IMG/VR virus record: IMGVR_UViG_3300032218_003147
Span: 1-50,728 of that record
Length of the DNA stretch: 50,728 nt
Direction: 5' to 3' (one strand)
From: a virus
Taxonomy: Duplodnaviria; Caudoviricetes
Of the stretch, positions 41,583-50,728 are shown piece after piece. Within the stretch, counting starts at the first letter, position 1, and each line of letters starts with the position of its first letter. The translations under genes and the position numbers were made by a program. The notes under the pieces were generated by a model, which worked only from the letters and a program-made list of their open reading frames with translations, had not been told where the DNA came from and ran no database searches.

Positions 41583-43517
41583 ATGTCTAGAGTTATTGAA
41601 AACCCCTATGAAAATTTTATTGCACTATCACGCTATGCGAGATGGTTAGAATCTGAGAATCGTCGTGAGACATGGGGAGAAACTGTAGATAGATATTTTG
41701 ATTTTATGCTAAGTCATTTATCCTCTCAACATAATTATGTTCCTAGTGACAAAATAGTTACAGAATTAAAAGATGCGGTTTTTAATCGTAATGTAATGCC
41801 TTCTATGCGTTCTGTTATGACAGCTGGAGCAGCATTAGAAAGAGAAAATGTATCTGGATATAACTGTGCATTTCTTCCTGTAGATAATGCAAGATCATTT
41901 GATGAAGCAATGTATATTTTAATGTGTGGAACAGGTGTTGGATTCTCTGTTGAATATAAGTACATTAATAAACTCCCGTCTCTTCCCGAAAAACTTGAAA
42001 AGTCAAGTACAACAGTTATTGTTGGAGATTCAAAAGAAGGTTGGGCAAAAGCTTATCGTGAATTACTTGGATTACTTTGGGCAGGACAAATTCCTCAAAT
42101 TGATATTAGTAAAGTTCGTCCTTCGGGTGCAAGGCTTAAGACAATGGGTGGTCGCTCATCTGGACCACAACCACTTGTAAATCTTTTTGATTTTACAATT
42201 CAAATTTTTAAAAATGCACTTGGTCGTCAATTAAAACCAATTGAAGCACACGATATTATGTGTAAGATTGGTGAAGTAGTTGTAGTTGGTGGAGTTCGTC
42301 GTTCTGCTATGATCTCACTTTCAAATATTAATGATATTGAAATGGCTGCAGCAAAAGCAGGTAACTGGTGGGAATCAAATTCTCAAAGAGCATTATCAAA
42401 TAATTCTGTAGCATATTCTCGTAAACCAGATATGGCTCAATTTATTGCAGAATGGAAATCACTATATGATTCTAAATCAGGAGAGCGTGGAATTTACAAT
42501 GTTGCAGCAGCACAAAAACAAGCAGCAAAATATGGACGCAGAGATCCAGATATTCACTACGGAACAAATCCTTGTTCAGAAATTATTCTTCGTCCTTATC
42601 AATTTTGTAATCTTTCAGAAGTCGTATTACGTGAAGAAGATACAGTTGAGGATGTTACAAATAAAGTTCGCCTTGCTTCAATACTTGGAACATGGCAATC
42701 TACATTAACAGACTTTAAGTATATACGTAAAGTTTGGAAAGATAATACAGAAGAAGAACGCCTATTAGGTGTTTCTTTAACAGGTCAATTTGGACATAAG
42801 TTTTTTTCAGGTCAAGAAGACCTAAATGAACTTGTAGGTGTTTTGAGTAATCTAAGACAATGGGCAGTTGATATGAATATTGAAGAAGCATTAAAAATTG
42901 GGATTCCCGCTTCTGCAGCAGTAACTTGCGTAAAGCCATCAGGAACAGTATCACAATTGGTAGGGGTAAGTTCAGGAATGCATGCATGGCATTCAGATTA
43001 CTATATTCGCACAGTTCGTGGGGATAAAAAAGATCCAATTACTCAATTCCTAAAAGATTCAGGTATTCCAGCAGAAGACGATGTAATGAAACCACAAGAT
43101 ACTTATGTATTTTCATTCCCAGTTAAGGCACCATCAAATGCCATTACTAGAGATAAGCTAACTGCTATTCAACAATTAGAAGTATGGCTTGTGTACCAAC
43201 GTCATTGGTGTGAGCATAAGCCATCTATTACGGTATCTGTAAAAGAAGATGAGTGGATGGAAGTTGGAGCATGGGTTTATAAGCATTTTGATGAGGTATC
43301 AGGAATTTCATTCCTTCCATATTCAGAACATACTTATGTTCAAGCACCATATCAAGAAATTGATAAAGAAAAGTATGAAGATCTTGTTTCTAAAATGCCA
43401 AAATCAATTAATTGGGAAGCATTATCTTTATATGAGTTAGAGGATTCTACTACTGGTTCCCAAGCCCTTGCCTGCGTTTCTGGCGAATGTGAAATTGTGG
43501 ATATTGGCAAAAATTAA
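41583..43517 (+). CDS. nrdJ: Class II adenosylcobalamin-dependent ribonucleotide reductase
   Basis: PSMR, YNC, GGVRRSA, TNPCSEI, FCNL, TCVKPSGT, C-terminal CVSGEC. Confidence 0.93.
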   Translation: MSRVIENPYENFIALSRYARWLESENRRETWGETVDRYFDFMLSHLSSQHNYVPSDKIVTELKDAVFNRNVMPSMRSVMTAGAALERENVSGYNCAFLPVDNARSFDEAMYILMCGTGVGFSVEYKYINKLPSLPEKLEKSSTTVIVGDSKEGWAKAYRELLGLLWAGQIPQIDISKVRPSGARLKTMGGRSSGPQPLVNLFDFTIQIFKNALGRQLKPIEAHDIMCKIGEVVVVGGVRRSAMISLSNINDIEMAAAKAGNWWESNSQRALSNNSVAYSRKPDMAQFIAEWKSLYDSKSGERGIYNVAAAQKQAAKYGRRDPDIHYGTNPCSEIILRPYQFCNLSEVVLREEDTVEDVTNKVRLASILGTWQSTLTDFKYIRKVWKDNTEEERLLGVSLTGQFGHKFFSGQEDLNELVGVLSNLRQWAVDMNIEEALKIGIPASAAVTCVKPSGTVSQLVGVSSGMHAWHSDYYIRTVRGDKKDPITQFLKDSGIPAEDDVMKPQDTYVFSFPVKAPSNAITRDKLTAIQQLEVWLVYQRHWCEHKPSITVSVKEDEWMEVGAWVYKHFDEVSGISFLPYSEHTYVQAPYQEIDKEKYEDLVSKMPKSINWEALSLYELEDSTTGSQALACVSGECEIVDIGKN

Positions 43518-43532
43518 TATAATATAGATTGT

Positions 43533-43562
43533 AGCCCCCATTTATAATAGATGGGGGTTTTT
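43533..43562 (+). terminator. Intrinsic terminator
   Basis: AGCCCCCAT...ATGGGGGTT followed by T-run. Confidence 0.75.
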
Positions 43563-43611
43563 CTATGATTTATATTTGTTTAATGCTACAATTTATCTTG
43601 AGTGGGTGACT

Positions 43612-43956
43612 ATGCAAGAAACAAATTTTTCAACAATTCAAGGCGACACGCTTATATTAACGGTTGTTTATAAAGACAACACCCCGCAAAAAGCCCCAAT
43701 TAATTTAACTGGTTATACTGCAGAGTTTCAAGTAAGAGATCAACCAGGTGGAAAAATTGTTTGTGCAACAGTTGATACTACAAGCGGAATTGTTATCAAT
43801 GGGCCAACGGGGACTATAACCGTAACAATTCCTTCAAACCTAACTAAAAAATTTACTGTACCTCAAGCATCATATCAATTACAAATTAATTCGGGAACAG
43901 TTAAGACAACATTAGCAACTGGTTGGATTAAGGTAAGTAAAGGTATAATAGAATGA
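43612..43956 (+). CDS. Baseplate/tail Ig-like protein (BppU N-terminal-like)
   Basis: QGDT....., PINLTGY.A.FQVR, G.I.VTI, Y.LQI, G.I.V. Confidence 0.6.
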   Translation: MQETNFSTIQGDTLILTVVYKDNTPQKAPINLTGYTAEFQVRDQPGGKIVCATVDTTSGIVINGPTGTITVTIPSNLTKKFTVPQASYQLQINSGTVKTTLATGWIKVSKGIIE

Positions 43957-44312
43957 GTGATAATACAGTAATATTAGAACCAACATACAATAATGTTGAA
44001 ATTACAAAAAATGATAATCAAGTTATAATTTCATCATCTGGCCCACAAGGACCAGTAGGAAATACAGGTCAACAAGGCCCAGCGGGACCACAGGGAATTC
44101 CTGGAGACTCAGTTGCATCTTCATCTTTTGTGTATGAACAGCAATCAAGTTCTTCAGTATGGTCAATAACACATAATCTAGGTTATCGTCCATCAGTATT
44201 TACAACAGATTATGCACATAATACATTAGAAGGGGATATAGTTCATACTAGCGTTAATCAAGTAATTATAACATTTACTGATTCAGTAGTTGGATATGCA
44301 TATCTTACATAA
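43953..44312 (+). CDS. Short collagen-repeat tail protein
   Basis: (Gly-X-Y)8, then W.ITHNLG..PSV. Confidence 0.7.
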   Translation: MSDNTVILEPTYNNVEITKNDNQVIISSSGPQGPVGNTGQQGPAGPQGIPGDSVASSSFVYEQQSSSSVWSITHNLGYRPSVFTTDYAHNTLEGDIVHTSVNQVIITFTDSVVGYAYLT

Positions 44313-44325
44313 GGGGGACAAATAA

Positions 44326-45927
44326 ATGTCAAGAAGATTTTTAGTTAATATTAATATGGGTGGGAACCAAATTGTTTCCCCAGTTTTAAACAATGCAATT
44401 ATTTATGGTACTACGACAGATCCAGGTAGTGGTTCTGCTGGTCAGCTTTATTATAACACCAGCACCAACCTTTTAAAATACTGGAACGGTACTTCTTGGC
44501 AGGCTTTGACATCCAGCACAACTGCTACTAGCGTTGCCAATGCATTATCAACAGGAACTGGGCTCTCTTATACAACAGGAACAACATTTGATGGTTCTGC
44601 TGCAAGAACAATTAATCTTTCAAATACATCAGTATCAGCAGGCTCGTATGGCTCATCAACACAGATTCCAACATTTACTGTTGATGCACAAGGTCGTTTA
44701 ACAGCAGCAGGAACTGCATCAATCAGCACATCAATCTCTCTTGGAGCAGGAACTGGATCTGGCAACGTATCTGGCGGAGGAACATTAACAATTTCAGGCG
44801 GAACTGGAGTTTCAACTTCTGTTACAGGAAGCACATTTACAATCAGTTTGCCACAAGCAATTTCTACAACATCAACTCCAACATTTAATCAGATTACAAT
44901 TAATAATTCTCCTGCAAATGCTACAGATGTTGCCACTAAGCAGTATGTAGATAACATTGCATCAGGAATTAATGCACATGATGCAGTTGTTGCAGCCACT
45001 ACAGCTCCATTAACTGTTACATATAATAATAATACAACTGGTGTAGGAGCAACACTTACAAATGCTGGAACTCAAGCAACTCTTGTAATTGATAACGTAA
45101 CTCCAGTAGTTAATGACAGAATTCTTGTTAAAAATCAAGCGTCTGGTTCTCAGAATGGTATTTATACCGTTACAAATGTAGGTTCTAGTTCAACAAACTG
45201 GGTACTTACTCGTGCTACTGATTATGATAATAGCACAGCAGGAGAAGTAGCATCAGGAGATACAGTCTTTGTTGTTGCCCCAGCATCAGAATTTTCTACA
45301 ACCCCAACAAACCAAAATACAGGCTGGACTATGAATTCAGCAGGAATAATTACAATTGGAGTTTCTCCAATTACATTTGCTCAAAGTTCAGGAACTGGAA
45401 CTGTAACTGCTACAAATGGTTTGACAATTGTAACTGGAAATCAAGTTGGAGTAAATCTAGGATCAGCATTTGATTCAACCTCTGGAACTGGAACTTCAGG
45501 ACTTTCAATCGGTGGCGGAACACTACAAGTTAGATTAAGTTCTTCTGGTGGATTAACATCATCAACATCTGGACTTGCAATCAATACACCAGGAACTGGA
45601 CTTACTTTATCTGGAAATTCACTTGTGTTTGCTTCAGGAACAACTTCTCAAGCAGCAACTGGAGTATCTGGGGGAGCATATTCATATGCAACTCAAAAGC
45701 AGACTGCTACAATTACTCTTGATGGAACAACAACTTCCTGGGCAATTGCACATAACTTAAACTCAAGAGATGTTCAAGTACAAGTATATCAATCTTCAGC
45801 GGGACCAGATACTCAATATGCAGAGGTTGAAGCAGATATTGTAAGAACTTCTACATCTTCAGTTACCATAACATTTGCTTCTGCTGGTACATCTGGAAAT
45901 ACATATAACGTAGTGATAGTTGGATAG
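44326..45927 (+). CDS. Tail fibre/structural protein
   Basis: Ser/Thr/Gly-rich; TVDAQGRLT, ATKQYVD, DRILVKNQ..NGIY module, HNLNSRDV C-terminal module. Confidence 0.75.
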   Translation: MSRRFLVNINMGGNQIVSPVLNNAIIYGTTTDPGSGSAGQLYYNTSTNLLKYWNGTSWQALTSSTTATSVANALSTGTGLSYTTGTTFDGSAARTINLSNTSVSAGSYGSSTQIPTFTVDAQGRLTAAGTASISTSISLGAGTGSGNVSGGGTLTISGGTGVSTSVTGSTFTISLPQAISTTSTPTFNQITINNSPANATDVATKQYVDNIASGINAHDAVVAATTAPLTVTYNNNTTGVGATLTNAGTQATLVIDNVTPVVNDRILVKNQASGSQNGIYTVTNVGSSSTNWVLTRATDYDNSTAGEVASGDTVFVVAPASEFSTTPTNQNTGWTMNSAGIITIGVSPITFAQSSGTGTVTATNGLTIVTGNQVGVNLGSAFDSTSGTGTSGLSIGGGTLQVRLSSSGGLTSSTSGLAINTPGTGLTLSGNSLVFASGTTSQAATGVSGGAYSYATQKQTATITLDGTTTSWAIAHNLNSRDVQVQVYQSSAGPDTQYAEVEADIVRTSTSSVTITFASAGTSGNTYNVVIVG

Positions 45928-45937
45928 TAGGTAGATA

Positions 45938-46177
45938 ATGTCTCATAAATTTAAAAGTACCATTGGTCTAGTAAATTTATCTTCAGATCCCGTCTCAGGT
46001 ACTGAAGGCGAGATGTATTTTAATACTACTCTACATGGTGCTAGAATTTATCAAAATGGTGCATGGTCGGATGCGGGAAGTGGAACTAGTACAACAAATG
46101 CTATACTAAATATTGATGGTGGATTTCCAACATCAAATTATGGTGGCATTGATATTATAGATGGAGGGGGAATATAA
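45938..46177 (+). CDS. Small tail-fibre-associated protein
   Basis: P..G.MYFNT......Y....W and IDGG motifs. Confidence 0.6.
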   Translation: MSHKFKSTIGLVNLSSDPVSGTEGEMYFNTTLHGARIYQNGAWSDAGSGTSTTNAILNIDGGFPTSNYGGIDIIDGGGI

Positions 46178-49100
46178 TGGTTGTTAAAATTCAATTAAGA
46201 CGTGGAACATCATCAGATTGGTCTACAGCAAATACAGTTCTTGCACAAGGAGAAATGGGTGTTGAAACAGATACCCTTAAAGTTAAAGTTGGCGACGGTT
46301 CAACTGCATGGAACTCCCTCGGATATTTTAATATTGTTTTAGGTTCATCATCTCCATCAAATCTGGCGTCTTCAGCATCAGCAGGAACTTCATCAACTGG
46401 CTCACATTCAGATCACGTTCACTCATATTCTGGAATATTAGATTCTTCAACTACTTTAGCTTCTGGAGTTACAAACTCTTCACTTGTAAAAATTGGTTCA
46501 CTTTCAAGTGGAACAGCGGGATTTGTAAAAATTGATTCTTCTGGCAATCTAACATCTGATTCATCTACATATTTAACTACATCTTCGGCAGCCTCAACTT
46601 ATTTAACAATTTCAAATGCAGCAAGTAATTATTTAACAATTTCATCTGCAACAAGTACATATTTACCAATTACAACTGCCTCTTCAACATATTTGACACA
46701 AACAAATGCAGCATCAACATATTTGACGCAAACAAATGCAACATCAACATATTTGACACAGACAAATGCAACATCAACATATGCTCCCATAAATAGTCCT
46801 ACATTTACTGGAATCGTTACAGTACCAACTCCATCAAATGCAACTGATGCTGTAACAAAACAGTATGTTGACAATATTGCATCAGGAATTAATGCCCATG
46901 ATGCAGTGGTTGCTGCATCTACCGCCCCACTTACTGTTACTTATAATAACAACACAACGGGTGTCGGTGCAACACTTACAAATGCTGGAACTCAAGCAGC
47001 CTTTTCTATTGATAATGTTACACTAGCTCAATATGATCGTATTCTTGTTAAAAATCAAACTGATTCAACTCAAAATGGTATTTATACATTAACAACAGTG
47101 GGCTCAGGTTCTTCTAACTGGGTACTTACTCGTGCTTCAGATTATGATCAAAGTACTCCAGGAGAAGTAGCAGCTGGAGACATGGTGTTTGTTCTTGCCC
47201 CTGCTTCAAAATTTTCTATAACTCCAATAAATCAAAATACTAGTTGGATAATGAATTCAGCAGGAACAATTACAATTGGTTCATCATATATAACGTTTTC
47301 ACAAAGCTCTGGATCTGGAACTGTAACAGCTGGAACTGGTATATCTGTTACTGCAAATCAAGTATCTAATACTGGTGTTCTTTCAGTAAATGGATCAACA
47401 GGAGCTATAACAAACATTGCTACAACTAGCCAAACATTCTATATTGGAACAACATCCATAGCAATAAATAGATCTTCTGGCTCTCAAACATTAAATGGAA
47501 TTTCAATTGATGGAAATGCGGGAACTGTAACAAATGGTGTTTATACAACAGATACAGGTACAGTAACTAATACAATGCTTGCTGGATCTATTTCAAATAG
47601 CAAGCTTTCAAATTCATCAATTAGTATAAATGGTTCAGCAATTTCACTTGGTGGATCTATATCAGGACTTGCTACAAGTGCTTCTCCTACATTTACAGGA
47701 ACTGTTACATTCCCGCTCACAACTGCAGGATATGTAAAAACAACTTCAAGTGGAGTTATTTCAAGTTCTTCAAGCGTACCTTGGGCAGATATTTCATCTA
47801 CGCCAACAACTTTATCTGGATATGGTATTTCCAATGGAGCAACATCGGGTGCAAATTCTAATATTACATCACTAACTGGATTAACAACTCCACTATCAAC
47901 ATCTCAAGGTGGAACTGGAACTTCAACTGCTTTAACTCCTGCTGGAGTTGCATTTGGAGATTCTGCAGGAAAGCACACATCAACGCCTGCAGGAACTGCT
48001 GGTCAATTCCTTATGTCATATGGAGATATTGCAAATGGCGGACCAGAATGGATTTCTCTTCCAATTGTTGAAGAGGTAATGGCTGCTACAAATGGTCCAT
48101 TGACGGGAACTTGGGTATATGCTAACAATACTCCAGGAACTACTGCATCAACACTAACATATACAGGAACATCATATGTTCTTGATGGATATACATTTGT
48201 AGCAGGTGATAGAGTATTGGTTAAAGACCAAACCTCGTCCTCAACACCCACATATATTGCAAACGGTGTTTATATAATTAGCAGTATTGGCGCATCAACT
48301 ATTGTACTTACTCGTGACAATGATGCAGACACTATTGGTAAATTGGGCGGAAGTATTGTTACCGTTAACCAAGGAACTGTAAATGGCGGGACTATTTGGC
48401 AATGTACTAACTCAGCAACCACCACTATGGGAAGCTCAGCAGTTAACTTTAATAACGTGGTTACTTCACTTGGTGGCTCTGGTATTGCTGGACAGATTCT
48501 TATGTCTTATGGTGGCTACGGTTTAAATGCCCCTGAGTGGGTTTCAATTGCTGCTATGGAAAGCGTTTCTGTTGCAACAACTACTGCACTTACAGGTACT
48601 TATAATAACAATACCCCTGGAACTGTTGCATCCACATTTACAATTACTGCTACTGGTCCATTAATTGTTGATGGTTATACTCTTAATGCAGGTGAAAGAT
48701 TACTTATTAAAAATCAAACTGCAGGTACAACTCCTACAAATATAGCAAATGGTATTTATATTGTAACAACCGCTGGAGCCACAGGAGTTTCCGCAGTACT
48801 TACACGTGATAATGACTCTGACACAATGGGCAAGGTTTCTGCAATGCCTATTTCTGTAGATCAAGGAACTTTAAATGGTGCTACTCAATGGTTTAATACA
48901 AATAAAACTACAGATACAATGGGCACTACTGCAATTAACTATTATAATACAACAGGCAATCAATTAAATAATCAACCTTCTTCATATTATGCAGATCATA
49001 TTATTCCTTATACTAAAACTGGTGTATTGACTACTTCTACGGGAACTATTCGTTACCGCCTCCCTTGGGCAGCAACTATTATTGCAACAACTGCTGCAGT

Positions 49101-49341
49101 AAATACTGCCCCTACGGGAGCAGCAATAATTGTGGATGTGCTTAAAAATGGTACTACTATTTATTCTACAACAGCGAATAGACCTACAATTGCAATATCT
49201 ACATTTGCAACTACAACATCTCCAACCCCCGATGTGACTACTTTGGCTGCTGGAGATTACTTAACCGTTAACATATCTCAGGTGGGATCAACGGTAGCAG
49301 GCTCAGATTTATCAGTTTTTGTTGAACTTCAAAGAGCATAG
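46177..49341 (+). CDS. Long tail fibre with Mtd/hyaluronidase-like N-terminal domain
   Basis: IQLRRGT..W..AN.VLA.GE.GVETDT.K.K.GDG...W..L; three copies of the R.L.K.Q...NG.Y module. Confidence 0.8.
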   Translation: MVVKIQLRRGTSSDWSTANTVLAQGEMGVETDTLKVKVGDGSTAWNSLGYFNIVLGSSSPSNLASSASAGTSSTGSHSDHVHSYSGILDSSTTLASGVTNSSLVKIGSLSSGTAGFVKIDSSGNLTSDSSTYLTTSSAASTYLTISNAASNYLTISSATSTYLPITTASSTYLTQTNAASTYLTQTNATSTYLTQTNATSTYAPINSPTFTGIVTVPTPSNATDAVTKQYVDNIASGINAHDAVVAASTAPLTVTYNNNTTGVGATLTNAGTQAAFSIDNVTLAQYDRILVKNQTDSTQNGIYTLTTVGSGSSNWVLTRASDYDQSTPGEVAAGDMVFVLAPASKFSITPINQNTSWIMNSAGTITIGSSYITFSQSSGSGTVTAGTGISVTANQVSNTGVLSVNGSTGAITNIATTSQTFYIGTTSIAINRSSGSQTLNGISIDGNAGTVTNGVYTTDTGTVTNTMLAGSISNSKLSNSSISINGSAISLGGSISGLATSASPTFTGTVTFPLTTAGYVKTTSSGVISSSSSVPWADISSTPTTLSGYGISNGATSGANSNITSLTGLTTPLSTSQGGTGTSTALTPAGVAFGDSAGKHTSTPAGTAGQFLMSYGDIANGGPEWISLPIVEEVMAATNGPLTGTWVYANNTPGTTASTLTYTGTSYVLDGYTFVAGDRVLVKDQTSSSTPTYIANGVYIISSIGASTIVLTRDNDADTIGKLGGSIVTVNQGTVNGGTIWQCTNSATTTMGSSAVNFNNVVTSLGGSGIAGQILMSYGGYGLNAPEWVSIAAMESVSVATTTALTGTYNNNTPGTVASTFTITATGPLIVDGYTLNAGERLLIKNQTAGTTPTNIANGIYIVTTAGATGVSAVLTRDNDSDTMGKVSAMPISVDQGTLNGATQWFNTNKTTDTMGTTAINYYNTTGNQLNNQPSSYYADHIIPYTKTGVLTTSTGTIRYRLPWAATIIATTAAVNTAPTGAAIIVDVLKNGTTIYSTTANRPTIAISTFATTTSPTPDVTTLAAGDYLTVNISQVGSTVAGSDLSVFVELQRA
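46564..46783 (+). repeat. In-frame 30-bp tandem repeats (STYLTxxxAx)
   Basis: About 7-8 10-aa units in the fibre stalk. Confidence 0.8.
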
Positions 49342-49393
49342 CCCAAATATAAGTTTTGTGCTATAATCTATATATTAGAAAAAGAGGGATAAA

Positions 49394-49786
49394 ATGGCAG
49401 CAAATATTGTAACTACCATCTCTAACCAGCTACTCGATAGCTTAGTTGGAAATGCGTCTTATACTGTAACAACTCCAATTAAATTGCGTCTTATGACTGT
49501 AAATGGAACAAACACATCAGCTGGAACTGAAGTTACTGGTGGTTCTTATGCATCACAAAACATCACATTTAGCTCAGCAGGATCAATTCTTACTGAAACT
49601 CTGCAAAATAACGCAGCAATTTCATTTGCATCTATGCCAGCTACTACAGTTACTGGAATTGAATTATGGGATTCGTCGGGAACTCCAAAAAGACTTGCTT
49701 GGGGTCCATTAACAACAAATAGAACAACAGCATCTGGAGATACTCTTCAATTTGCAATTAACTCTATAGTAGTGAGCTTGGTGTAA
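49394..49786 (+). CDS. Minor tail protein
   Basis: L.L.T......GTEVTGG.Y....ITF...N...I.F......T...LWD...G pattern. Confidence 0.7.
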   Translation: MAANIVTTISNQLLDSLVGNASYTVTTPIKLRLMTVNGTNTSAGTEVTGGSYASQNITFSSAGSILTETLQNNAAISFASMPATTVTGIELWDSSGTPKRLAWGPLTTNRTTASGDTLQFAINSIVVSLV

Positions 49787-49787
49787 T

Positions 49788-50603
49788 ATGGCTATAGCAT
49801 CTGGCGATCAGTACATTGCTTCTTCAAAGCAAATTATTCCTTATGTAAAGACTTCTTCTGTAACAACTATTGCTGCTACCCGCTTTGCAACATTACAGCT
49901 TAACGGTTTTCCTGGAGCAGGTACATTGCCATCTACAGGAACAACTTCAAATGGTGGAACACTATTTACATCTTCATCTTCAGGTATGCCAACAATCAAC
50001 GCATTTGGTGGTTCTGCTACTGGATATTTAAGTCGTGTTCAGTATTTTTCTTCTGTAACTGGAAGACTTGAGATTTTTGATAAAATTTGGGGATTAGTGC
50101 CAGTATTAAATGCACTTGCTACTACTTCAGTGACATCCCCAACTTCATTTACATCTCGTATTCCAAACGGAACAGATTATTCAGGTTTAAGAATTTATGC
50201 TGAAATTACAACAACTTTTTCAGCATCCGCTACAACCCTTCAGGTAACATATACAAATCAGGCAGGTGCTACAGGTAAAACTACAATAACAACAGCATCT
50301 CTTTCTGGTTTTACTGCTGGTCGTTGGGTTGAATTGCCTCTTGCAGCTGGTGATACTGGTGTTCAGGCAATTACTTCTGTTACTGTTGCTGGTGCCACTA
50401 ACGCAGCAGGTGCTTGTAATATTATTATTGCTCGTCCTTTATGGACAAACCGTGTAACAATTGCTAACGGTGGTGGTATTGACGGTCTTGATAGAACGGG
50501 ACTTCCAATAGTTTATGCTACATCAGCATTAGTCGTAACAGCAATTCCTGATGCAACTTCTTCTGGTGTTATTGATATGAACATAGAGATTGCGAATAAC
50601 TAA
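49788..50603 (+). CDS. Putative virion structural protein
   Basis: Thr/Gly-rich; VTYTNQAG..G.T, LPLAAGDTGV. Confidence 0.6.
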   Translation: MAIASGDQYIASSKQIIPYVKTSSVTTIAATRFATLQLNGFPGAGTLPSTGTTSNGGTLFTSSSSGMPTINAFGGSATGYLSRVQYFSSVTGRLEIFDKIWGLVPVLNALATTSVTSPTSFTSRIPNGTDYSGLRIYAEITTTFSASATTLQVTYTNQAGATGKTTITTASLSGFTAGRWVELPLAAGDTGVQAITSVTVAGATNAAGACNIIIARPLWTNRVTIANGGGIDGLDRTGLPIVYATSALVVTAIPDATSSGVIDMNIEIANN

Positions 50604-50617
50604 GGGGGGGCTAAAAA

Positions 50618-50728
50618 ATGGCCTTGCCACTATTTAAGCTTAGTGATGAATTAGAAAACACATTCTCTTCTGGTTTATTCAGTACATCTACAATTGCTCA
50701 AAATTCAAATTATCAAGTAACTAATATA
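50618..50728 (+). CDS. 3'-partial ORF
   Basis: AAGGGGG RBS; frame open to the window end. Confidence 0.5.
   Translation, partial: MALPLFKLSDELENTFSSGLFSTSTIAQNSNYQVTNI

Noticed and set aside
7184-43517. Inteins or introns in terL, thyX or nrdJ
   Set aside because: Frames are continuous with normal lengths, and no intein or homing-endonuclease motifs were seen.
44568-48251. Antisense ORFs within the fibre genes and other shadow ORFs
   Set aside because: Mirror frames produced by codon bias of the real genes, with no RBS or motifs.
46177-49341. Diversity-generating retroelement targeting the Mtd-like fibre
   Set aside because: No reverse transcriptase in the window; differences between the duplicated modules are not adenine-specific and both copies are coding.
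1-50728. Stop-codon reassignment
   Set aside because: TAG, TGA and TAA all end intact conserved genes (terL TAG, dut TGA, nrdJ TAA), and there is no suppressor tRNA.

Overview
A 50.7-kb AT-rich segment of a large tailed phage of Actinobacteria, probably a freshwater low-GC host (inferred from WhiB, an MSMEG_6728-type glycosylase, actinobacterial regulator boxes and leaderless genes). There are three blocks. (1) Plus strand 1-24.6 kb: Cas4-like nuclease, RuvC, a cluster of sugar-modification genes, terminase, 8 tRNA genes (one defective) plus an unidentified structured RNA, Hsp20, Dps, GroES, WhiB, thioredoxin, HslV-like protease, amidase, dUTPase and SSB. (2) Minus strand 25.4-40.5 kb: a ~13-kb island of small genes that looks like an early/host-takeover region, followed by ThyX and a lytic transglycosylase. 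(3) Plus strand 40.5 kb-end: glycosyltransferase, class II RNR and tail/fibre genes. The strongest signal is non-coding. The island is built from repeated regulatory cassettes carrying 17 co-oriented TGTC(A/G)G-N10-TAnnnT promoters, which match the actinobacterial PafBC/RecA-NDp DNA-damage promoter. The cassettes also carry CRP/GlxR-type boxes (12 counting two in the adjacent junction), 9 GACACGCC (WhiA-type) boxes, 2 LexA boxes and GGGGGCCC boundary elements. A small covarying RNA pseudoknot occurs 6 times (5 in the island). All counts were made by eye and all family calls come from motif recognition; no database searches were run.
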